Of a DNA stretch of 64,000 nucleotides, positions 1-10,800 are shown piece after piece. Both the position numbers and the translations under genes were made by a program. The notes under the pieces are model-generated. The model made no database searches, was not told the origin of the DNA, and saw only the letters and a list, made by a program, of their open reading frames with translations. Source of the DNA: the human T2T-CHM13v2.0 reference genome, Homo sapiens; NCBI RefSeq assembly GCF_009914755.1, contig NC_060933.1; one strand, given 5' to 3'. Each line of letters starts with the position of its first letter. The stretch's first letter is position 1.

Positions 1-793
1 TGGAATGGAATGGAATGGAACAACCCGAATGGAATGGAATGTAATGGAGAGTAAGGGAGTTGAATAGAATCAATCCGAATGTAATGGAATGGAATGGAAC
101 GGAATGGAATTGAATGGAATGGAATGGAATGCAATGGAATGGAATCAACCCGAGAGCAATGGAATGGAGAGGAATGGAATGGAATGGAATGGAAACTACC
201 CGAATGGAATGGAATGTAATGGAGGGTAAGGGAATTGAATAGAATCAATCTGAATCTAATGGAATGGAATGGAACGGAATGGAATGGAATGGAATGGAAT
301 GGAATGGAATGGAATGGAATGGAATGCAATGGAATGGAATGAACCCGAGTGCAATCGAATGGAATCGAATGGAATGGAATGCAATGGAATGGATTCAACT
401 TGAATGGAATGGAAAGAATGGAATCAACACGAGTGGAATGGCATGGATTGGAATGGAATGGAATGGAATCAACCCGAGTACAGGGGAATGGAATGGAATG
501 GAATGCAATGGAATGGAATCATCCGTAATGGAATGGAAAGGAATGGAATGGAATGGAATGGAATGGAATGGAATGGAATGGAATCAACTCGATTGCAATC
601 GAATGGAATGGAATGGAATTAACCCGAATAGAATGGAATGGAATGGAATGGAACGGAACGGAATGGAATGGAATGGAATGGAAAGGAATGGAACGGAACG
701 GAACGGAATGGATGAAATGGAATGGAATGGAATGGAATGGAATGGAATCAAAGCGAGTGCAAGGGAATGGAATGGAATGGAATGCAATGGAAT

Positions 794-808
794 GGAATCT
801 TCCGGAAT
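794..808. promoter_or_regulatory. Perfect three-unit heat-shock element motif (nGAAn-nTTCn-nGAAn)
   Basis: gGAAt cTTCc gGAAt matches the HSF consensus exactly. Motif match only; occupancy not shown. Confidence 0.55.
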
Positions 809-1420
809 GGAATGGAATGGAATGGAATGGAATGAAATGCAATGGATTCAACTCGATTGCAATGGAATGGAATAGAATGGAATGGAATGGAATGGAACGG
901 AATGGAATTAACCCGAATAGAATGGAATGGAATGGAATGGAACGGAATGGAACGGAATGGAATGGAATGGAATGGAATGGAATGGTATGGAATGGAATGG
1001 AATGGTACGGAATAGAATGGAATGGAACGAATTGTAATGGAATGGAATTGAATGGAATGGAATGGAATGGAATGGAATCAACGCGAGTGCAGGGGAATGT
1101 AATGGAACGGAATGCAATGGAATGGAATCATCCGGAATGGAATGGAATGGAATGGAATGGAATGGAATGGAATCAACCCGAGTGCAATGGAATGGAGTGG
1201 AATGGAATGGAATGGAATGGAACAACCCGAATGGAATGGAATGTAATGGAGAGTAAGGGAGTTGAATATAATCAATCCGAATGTAATGGAATTGGATGCA
1301 ACGGAATGGAAAGGAATGGAATGGAATGGAATGGAATGCAATGGAATGGAGTCAACCCGAGTACAATGGAATGGAATGGAATGGAATGGAATGGAATGGA
1401 ATGGAATGGAATGGAATGGA

Positions 1421-2230
1421 ATTAACCCGAATACAATGGAATGGAATGGAATGGAATGGAATGGAGTGGAATGGAATGGAATCAACCCGAGTGCAGGGTA
1501 ATGGAATGGAATGGAATGCAATGGAATGGAATCATCCGGAATGGAATGGAATGGAATGGAATGCAAAGCAATGGAATCAACTCGATTGCAATGGAATGGA
1601 ATGGAATGGAAAGGAATACATTGGAATCAACCCGAGTGGAATGGAATGGAAAGGACTGGAATGGAGTGGAATGGAATGGAATGGAATGGAATGGAAACAA
1701 CTCGATTGGAATGGAATGGAATGGAATGGAATGGAATTAACCCGAATAGAATGGAATTGAATGGAATGGAAAGGAACGGAATGGAATGGAATGGAATGGA
1801 ATGGAATGGAATGGAATGGAATCAACCCGACTGCAGGGGAATGGAATGGAATGGAATGCAATGGAATGGATTCAACTTCAATGGAATGGAAAGAATGGAA
1901 TCAACACGAGTGGAATGGCATGGATTGGAATGGAATGGAATGGAATTAACCCGAGTACAAGGGAATGGAATGGAATGGAATGCAATGGAATGGAATCATC
2001 CGTAATGGAATGGAAAGGAATGGAATGGAATGGAATGGAATGGAATAGAATGGAATGGAATCAACTCGATTGCAATCGAATGGAATGGAATGGAATTAAC
2101 CCGAATAAAATGGAATGGAATCGAATGGAACGGAACGGAACGGAATGGAATGGATTGGAATGGAATGGAATGGAATGGAACGGAATGGAATGGAATGGAA
2201 TGGAATGGAATGGAATGGAATGGAATCAAC
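1421..2230 (+). repeat. Internal ~0.8 kb direct repeat of the HOR, copy a
   Basis: Shares GCAGGGTAAT, GGAAACAACTCG, CCCGACTGCA, CAACTTCAAT and CCGAATAAAAT with 7266-8060. ORF 1441 equals ORF 7286. Confidence 0.92.
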
Positions 2231-3234
2231 CCGAGTGCAGGGGAATGGAATGGAATGGAATGCAATGGAATGGAATCAACCCGAGTACAATGGAACGGAA
2301 TGGAATGGAATGTAATGAAATGTAATGTAATGGAATGGAATGGAATGGAATCAACCCGAGTGCAATGGAATGGAGAGGAATGTATGGAATGGAATGGAAA
2401 CTACCCGAATGGAATGGAATGGAATGGAGTGTAAGGGAATTGAATAGAATCAATCCGAATGGAATGGAATGGAATGGAAAGGAATGTAATGTAATGGAAT
2501 GGAATGGAATCAACCCGAGTGCAGGGGAATGGAATGGAATGGAATGCAATGGAATGGAGTCATCCGGAATGGAATGGAATGGAATGAAATGGAATGGAAT
2601 GGAATGGAATCAACCCGAGTGCAATGGAATGGAGTGAAATGGAATGGAATGGAATAGAGACAACCAGAATGGATTGGAATATAATGGAGTGTAAGGGAAT
2701 TGAATAGAATCAATCTGAATGTAATGAAAGGGTATGGAACGGAATGGAATGGAATGGAATGAAATGGAATGCAATGGAATGGAATCAAAACGAGTGCAAT
2801 CGAATGGAATCGAATGGAATGGAATGCAATGGAATGGATTCAACTTGAATGGAATGGAAAGAATGGAATCAACACGAGTGGAATGGCATGGATTGGAATG
2901 GAATAGAATGGAATCAACCCGAGTATAAGGGAATGGAATGGAATGGAATGCAATGGAATGGAATCATCCGTAATGGAATGGAAAGGAATGGAATGGAATG
3001 GAATGGAATGGAATGGAATGGAATGGAATCAACACGATTGCAATCGAATGGAATGGAATGGAATTAACCCGAATAGAATGGAATGGAATGGAATGGAACG
3101 GAACGGAATGGAATGGAATGGAATGGAATGGAATGGAATGCAACGGAAAGGAAGGGAATGGAATGGAATAGAATGGAATGGAATGGAATCAACGCGAGTG
3201 CAGGGGAATGGAATGGAATGGAATGCAATGGAAT

Positions 3235-3249
3235 GGAATCTTCCGGAAT
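3235..3249. promoter_or_regulatory. Perfect three-unit heat-shock element motif
   Basis: GGAATCTTCCGGAAT; motif match only. Confidence 0.55.
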
Positions 3250-3645
3250 GGAATGGAATGGAATGGAATGGAATGGAATGGAATCAACCCGAGTGCAATG
3301 GAATGGAGTGGAATGGAATGGAATGGAATGGAACAACCCGAATGGAATGGAATGTAATGGAGAGTAAGGGAGTTGAATAGAATCAATCAGAATGTAATGG
3401 AATGGAATGAAACGGAATGGAATTGAATGGAATGGAATGGAATGCAATGGAATGGAATCAACCCGAGTGCAATGGAATGGAGAGGAATGGAATGCAATGG
3501 AATGGAAACTACCCAAATGGAATGGAATGTAATGGAGTGTAAGGGAATTGAATAGAATCAATCCGAATGTAATGGAATGGTATGGAACGGAATGGAACGG
3601 AATGGAATGGAATGGAATGGAATGGAATGGAATGCAATGGAATGG

Positions 3646-3792
3646 AATCAACCCGAGTGCAATCGAATGGAATCGAATGGAATGGAATGCAATGGAATGG
3701 ATTCAACTTGAATGGAATGGAAAGAATGGAATCAACACGAGTGGAATGGCATGGATTGGAATGGAATGGAATGGAATCAACCCGAGTACAGG
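3646..3792 (+). repeat. pHuR98-like (chromosome 9-type SatIII) module; recurs several times per HOR (e.g. ~5768, ~19550, ~26328)
   Basis: AATCAACCCGAGTGCAATCGAATGGAATCG...CAACTTGAAT...CAACACGAGTGGAATGGCATGGATTGG...CCCGAGTACAGG resembles, from recall, the chr9 SatIII clone pHuR98 and primers derived from it. Not verified by search. Confidence 0.6.
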
Positions 3793-4082
3793 GGAATGGA
3801 ATGGAATGGAATGCAATGGAATGGAATCATCCGTAAAGGAATGGAAAGGAATGGAATGGAATGGAATGGAATGGAATGGAATGGAATGGAATGGAATGGA
3901 ATGGAATGGAATGGAATCAACTCGATTGCAATCGAATGGAATGGAATGGAATTAACCCGTATAGAATGGAATGGTACGGAACGGAATGGAATGGAATGGA
4001 ATGGAATGGAATTGAATGGAATGGAATGGAACGGAATCAACGCGACTGCAGGGGAATGGAATGGAATGGAATGCAATGGAAT

Positions 4083-4097
4083 GGAATCTTCCGGAAT
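4083..4097. promoter_or_regulatory. Perfect three-unit heat-shock element motif
   Basis: GGAATCTTCCGGAAT; motif match only. Confidence 0.55.
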
Positions 4098-6218
4098 GGA
4101 ATGGAATGGAATGGAATGGAATGAAATGCAATGGATTCAACTCGATTGCAATGGAATGGAATAGAATGGATTGGAATGGAATGGAATGGAATTAATTCGA
4201 ATAGAATGGAATGGAATGGAATGGAACGGAATGGAACGGAATGGAATGGAATGGAATGGAATGGAATGGTATGGAATGCAATGGAATGGTACGGAATAGA
4301 ATGGAATGGAAAGAATTGTAATGGAATGGAATTGAATGGAATGGAATGGAATGGAATGGAATCAACGCGAGTGCAGGGGAATGTAATGGAACGGAATGCA
4401 ATGGAATGGAATCATCCGGAATGGAATGGAATGGAATGGAATGGAATGGAATGGAATGGAGTGGAATCAACCCGAGAGCAATGGAATGGAGTGGAATGGA
4501 ATGGAATGGAATGGAACAACCCGAATGGAATGGAATGTAATGGAGAGTAAGGGAGTTGAATAGAATCAATCCGAATGTAATGGAATGGAATGCAACGGAA
4601 TGGAATGGAATGGAATGCAATGGAATTGAATCAACCCGAGTACAATGGAATGGAATGGAATGGAATGGAATGGAATGGAATGGAATGGATTGGAATGGAA
4701 TGATACGGAATAGAATGGAATGGAACGAAATGGAATGGAATGGAATGGAATGGAATGGAATGGAATGGAATGAAATGGAATGGAATGGAATGGAATGAAA
4801 TGGAATGGAATGGAATGGAATCGTTCCGAGTGGAATAGGAGGGAATGTATTCGAGTGGAATGGAAAGGAATGGTATCAACCAGAGTGGAATGGAAGGGAA
4901 TGGAATGGAATGGAAACTAATAGAATGGAATCAACCCGAGTGGAATGGAATGGAAAGGACTGGAATGGAATGGAATGGAATGGAATCAACTCGATTGTAA
5001 TGGAATGGAATGGCATGGAATGGAATGGAATTAACCCGAATACAATGGAATGGGATGGAATGGAACGGAATGGAGTGGAATGGAATGGAATCAACCCGAG
5101 TGCAGGAGAATGGAATGGAATGGAATGCAATGGAATGGAATCATCCGGAATGGAATGGAATGGAATGGAATGCAAAGCAATGGAATCAACTCGATTGCAA
5201 TGGAATGGAATGGAATGGAAAGGAATACATTGGAATCAACCCGAGTGGAATGGAATGGAAAGGACTGGAATGGAGTGGAATGGAATGGAATGGAATGGAA
5301 TGGAATCAACTCGATTGGAATGGAATGGAATGGAATGGAATGGAATGGAATTAACCCCAATAGAATGGAATGGAATGGAATGGAACGGAACGGAATGGAA
5401 TGGAATGGAATTGAATGGAATGGAATAAACCCGAGTGCAATGGAATGGAGTGGAATGGAATGGAATGGAATGGAACAACCCGAATGGAATGGAATGTAAT
5501 GGAGAGTAAGGGAGTTGAATAGAATCAATCCGAATGTAATGGAATGGAATGGAACGGAATGGAATTGAATGGAATGGAATGGAATGGAATCAACCCGAGT
5601 GCAATGGAATGGAGAGGAATGGAATGGAATGGAATGGAAACTACCCTAATGGAATGGAATGTAATGGAGTGTAAGGGAATTGAATAGAATCAATCCGAAT
5701 GTAATGGAATGGAATGGAATGGAATGGAATGGAATGGAATGGAATGGAATGGAATGCAATGGAATGGAATCAACCCGAGTGCAATCGAATGGAATCGAAT
5801 GGAATGGAATGCAATGGAATGGATTCAACTTGAATGGAATGGAAAGAATGGAATCAACACGAGTGGAATGGCATGGATTGGAATGGAATGGAATGGAATC
5901 AACCCGAGTACAGGGGAATGGAATGGAATGGAATGCAATGGAATGGAATCATCCGTAATGGAATGGAAAGGAATGGAATGGAATGGAATGGAATGGAATG
6001 GAATGGAATGGAATCAACTCGATTGCAATCGAATGGAATGGAATGGAATTAACCCGAATAGAATGGAATGGAATGGAATGGAACGCAACGGAATGGAATG
6101 GAATGGAACGGAATGGAATGGAACGGAACAGAACGGAATGGATGGAATGGAATGGAATGGAATGGAATGGAATCAACGCGAGTGCAGGGGAATGGAATGG
6201 AATGGAATGCAATGGAAT

Positions 6219-6233
6219 GGAATCTTCCGGAAT
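6219..6233. promoter_or_regulatory. Perfect three-unit heat-shock element motif
   Basis: GGAATCTTCCGGAAT; motif match only. Confidence 0.55.
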
Positions 6234-7265
6234 GGAATGGAATGGAATGGAATGGAATGGAATGGAATGAAATGCAATGGATTCAACTCGATTGCAATGG
6301 AATGGAATAGAATGGAATGGAATGGAATGGAATGGAATGGAATTAACCCGAATAGAATGGAATGGAATGGAATGGAACGGAATGGAACGGAATGCAATGG
6401 AATGGAATGGAATGGAATGGTATGGAATGGAATGGAATGGTACGGAATAGAATGGAATGGAACGAATTGTAATGGAATGGAATTGAATGGAATGAAATGG
6501 AATGGAATGGAATGGAATGGAATCAACGCGAGTGCAGGGGAATGTAATGGAACGAAATGCAATGGAATGGAATCATGCGGAATGGAATGGAATGGAATGG
6601 AATGGAATGGAATGGAATCAACCCGAGTGCAATGGAATGGAGTGGAATGGAATGGAATGGAATGGAACAACCCGAATGGAATGGAATGTAATGGAGAGTA
6701 AGGGAGTTGAATAGAATCAATCCGAATGTAATGGAATGGAATTCAATGGAATGGAAAGGAATGGAATGGAATGGAAAGGAATGGAATGGAATGGAATGGA
6801 ATGGAATGCCTTCAAACCGAATGTAATGGAAAGGAATGGAATCAACACGAGTGGAATGGAATGGAATGGAATGGAATCGAATGGAATGGAATAATATGGA
6901 ATAGAATGGAATGGAACGAAATGGAATGGAACGAAATGGAATGGAATGGAATGGAATGGAATGGAATGGAATGATACGGAATAGAATGGAATGGAACGAA
7001 ATGGAGTGGAATGGAATGGAATGGAATGAAATGGAATGGAATGGAATCGTTCCTAGTGGAATAGGAGGGAATGTATTCGAGTGGAATGGAAAGGAATGGT
7101 ATCAACCAGAGTGGAATGGAAGGGAATGGAATGGAATGGAAACTAATAGAATGGAATCAACCCGAGTGGAATGGAATGGAAAGGACTGGAATGGAATGGA
7201 ATGGAATGGAATCAACTCGATTGTAATGGAATGGAATGGAATGGAATGGAATGGAATGGAATGGA

Positions 7266-8060
7266 ATTAACCCGAATACAATGGAATGGAATGGAATGGA
7301 ATGGAATGGAGTGGAATGGAATGGAATCAACCCGAGTGCAGGGTAATGGAATGGAATGGAATGCAATGGAATGGAATCATCCGGAATGGAATGGAATGGA
7401 ATGGAATGCAAAGCAATGGAATCAACTCGATTGCAATGGAATGGAATGGAATGGAAAGGAATACATTGGAATCAACCCGAGTGGAATGGAATGGAAAGGA
7501 CTGGAATGGAGTGGAATGGAATGGAATGGAATGGAATGGAAACAACTCGATTGGAATGGAATGGAATGGAATGGAATGGAATTAACCCGAATAGAATGGA
7601 ATTGAATGGAATGGAAAGGAACGGAATGGAATGGAATGGAATGGAATGGAATGGAATCAACCCGACTGCAGGGGAATGGAATGGAATGGAATGCAATGGA
7701 ATGGATTCAACTTCAATGGAATGGAAAGAATGGAATCAACACGAGTGGAATGGCATGGATTGGAATGGAATGGAATGGAATTAACCCGAGTACAAGGGAA
7801 TGGAATGGAATGGAATGCAATGGAATGGAATCATCCGTAATGGAATGGAAAGGAATGGAATGGAATGGAATGGAATGGAATAGAATGGAATGGAATCAAC
7901 TCGATTGCAATCGAATGGAATGGAATGGAATTAACCCGAATAAAATGGAATGGAATCGAATGGAACGGAACGGAACGGAATGGAATGGATTGGAATGGAA
8001 TGGAATGGAATGGAACGGAATGGAATGGAATGGAATGGAATGGAATGGAATGGAATCAAC
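7266..8060 (+). repeat. Internal ~0.8 kb direct repeat of the HOR, copy b
   Basis: By inspection it is the same as 1421-2230 except for three fewer GGAAT pentamers. Confidence 0.92.
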
Positions 8061-8101
8061 GCGAGTGCAGGGGAATGGAATGGAATGGAATGCAATGGAA
8101 T

Positions 8102-8116
8102 GGAATCTTCCGGAAT
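8102..8116. promoter_or_regulatory. Perfect three-unit heat-shock element motif (the same five sites recur in each full HOR copy)
   Basis: GGAATCTTCCGGAAT; motif match only. Confidence 0.55.
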
Positions 8117-8175
8117 GGAATGGAATGGAATGGAATGGAATGGAATAAACCCGAGTACAATGGAATGGAGTGGAA

Positions 8176-10465
8176 TGGAATGGAATGGAATGGAACAACC
8201 CGAATGGAATGGAATGTAATGGAGAGTAAGGGAGTTGAATAGAATCAATCCGAATGTAATGGAATGGAATGGAACGGAATGGAATTGAATGGAATGGAAT
8301 GGAATGCAATGGAATGGAATCAACCCGAGAGCAATGGAATGGAGAGGAATGGAATGGAATGGAATGGAAACTACCCGAATGGAATGGAATGTAATGGAGG
8401 GTAAGGGAATTGAATAGAATCAATCTGAATCTAATGGAATGGAATGGAACGGAATGGAATGGAATGGAATGGAATGGAATGGAATGGAATGGAATGGAAT
8501 GCAATGGAATGGAATGAACCCGAGTGCAATCGAATGGAATCGAATGGAATGGAATGCAATGGAATGGATTCAACTTGAATGGAATGGAAAGAATGGAATC
8601 AACACGAGTGGAATGGCATGGATTGGAATGGAATGGAATGGAATCAACCCGAGTACAGGGGAATGGAATGGAATGGAATGCAATGGAATGGAATCATCCG
8701 TAATGGAATGGAAAGGAATGGAATGGAATGGAATGGAATGGAATGGAATGGAATGGAATCAACTCGATTGCAATCGAATGGAATGGAATGGAATTAACCC
8801 GAATAGAATGGAATGGAATGGAATGGAACGGAACGGAATGGAATGGAATGGAATGGAAAGGAATGGAACGGAACGGAACGGAATGGATGAAATGGAATGG
8901 AATGGAATGGAATGGAATGGAATCAAAGCGAGTGCAAGGGAATGGAATGGAATGGAATGCAATGGAATGGAATCTTCCGGAATGGAATGGAATGGAATGG
9001 AATGGAATGAAATGCAATGGATTCAACTCGATTGCAATGGAATGGAATAGAATGGAATGGAATGGAATGGAACGGAATGGAATTAACCCGAATAGAATGG
9101 AATGGAATGGAATGGAACGGAATGGAACGGAATGGAATGGAATGGAATGGAATGGAATGGTATGGAATGGAATGGAATGGTACGGAATAGAATGGAATGG
9201 AACGAATTGTAATGGAATGGAATTGAATGGAATGGAATGGAATGGAATGGAATCAACGCGAGTGCAGGGGAATGTAATGGAACGGAATGCAATGGAATGG
9301 AATCATCCGGAATGGAATGGAATGGAATGGAATGGAATGGAATGGAATCAACCCGAGTGCAATGGAATGGAGTGGAATGGAATGGAATGGAATGGAACAA
9401 CCCGAATGGAATGGAATGTAATGGAGAGTAAGGGAGTTGAATATAATCAATCCGAATGTAATGGAATTGGATGCAACGGAATGGAAAGGAATGGAATGGA
9501 ATGGAATGGAATGCAATGGAATGGAGTCAACCCGAGTACAATGGAATGGAATGGAATGGAATGGAATGGAATGGAATGGAATGGAATGGAATGGAATTAA
9601 CCCGAATACAATGGAATGGAATGGAATGGAATGGAATGGAGTGGAATGGAATGGAATCAACCCGAGTGCAGGGTAATGGAATGGAATGGAATGCAATGGA
9701 ATGGAATCATCCGGAATGGAATGGAATGGAATGGAATGCAAAGCAATGGAATCAACTCGATTGCAATGGAATGGAATGGAATGGAAAGGAATACATTGGA
9801 ATCAACCCGAGTGGAATGGAATGGAAAGGACTGGAATGGAGTGGAATGGAATGGAATGGAATGGAATGGAAACAACTCGATTGGAATGGAATGGAATGGA
9901 ATGGAATGGAATTAACCCGAATAGAATGGAATTGAATGGAATGGAAAGGAACGGAATGGAATGGAATGGAATGGAATGGAATGGAATGGAATGGAATCAA
10001 CCCGACTGCAGGGGAATGGAATGGAATGGAATGCAATGGAATGGATTCAACTTCAATGGAATGGAAAGAATGGAATCAACACGAGTGGAATGGCATGGAT
10101 TGGAATGGAATGGAATGGAATTAACCCGAGTACAAGGGAATGGAATGGAATGGAATGCAATGGAATGGAATCATCCGTAATGGAATGGAAAGGAATGGAA
10201 TGGAATGGAATGGAATGGAATAGAATGGAATGGAATCAACTCGATTGCAATCGAATGGAATGGAATGGAATTAACCCGAATAAAATGGAATGGAATCGAA
10301 TGGAACGGAACGGAACGGAATGGAATGGATTGGAATGGAATGGAATGGAATGGAACGGAATGGAATGGAATGGAATGGAATGGAATGGAATGGAATGGAA
10401 TCAACCCGAGTGCAGGGGAATGGAATGGAATGGAATGCAATGGAATGGAATCAACCCGAGTACAA
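8176..10465 (+). repeat. Truncated HOR copy (unit positions 1-2290)
   Basis: Matches copy 1 at +8175 up to CCCGAGTACAA (10465). It then reads GGGAAT... where copy 1 reads TGGAACGG... Confidence 0.92.
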
Positions 10466-10700
10466 GGGAATGGAATGGAATGGAATGCAATGGAATTGAA
10501 TCATCCGTAATGGAATGGAATGGAATGGAATGGAATGGAATGGAATGGAATGGAATCAACTCGATTGCAATCGAATGGAATGGAATGGAATTAACCCGAT
10601 TAGAATGGAATGGAAAGGAATGGAACAGAACGGAATGGAATGGAATGGAAAGGAAAGGAATGGAATGGAATGGAATGGAATGGAATTGAATGGAATGGAA

Positions 10701-10800
10701 TCAACGCGAGTGCAGGGGAATGGAATGGAATGGAATGCAATGGAATGGAATCAACGCGAATGCAGGGGAATGGAATGGAATGGAATGCAATGGAATGGAA
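10701..10800 (+). repeat. 50 bp tandem duplication of the CAACGCGA-GCAGGGG-GCAAT module
   Basis: TCAACGCGAGTGCAGGGG at 10701 and TCAACGCGAATGCAGGGG at 10751, one substitution apart. Confidence 0.75.

Larger units (their letters stand above)
1..8175 (+). repeat. ~8.17 kb higher-order repeat (HOR) unit, copy 1 (8175 bp; unit start defined arbitrarily by the window start)
   Basis: The rare marker TCTGAATCTAAT is at 249 and 8424. Identical translated ORFs recur at +8175 (264/8439, 553/8728, 1511/9686). Confidence 0.95.

Noticed and set aside
4821-4856. Most complex-looking stretch (TCGTTCCGAGTGGAATAGGAGGGAATGTATTCGAG), including an AGGAGG Shine-Dalgarno-like string
   Set aside because: It stays in pentamer register and is a cluster of substituted pentamers repeated in every unit. 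The ribosome-binding-site resemblance is meaningless in this context, and its TTC is out of register for an HSE.
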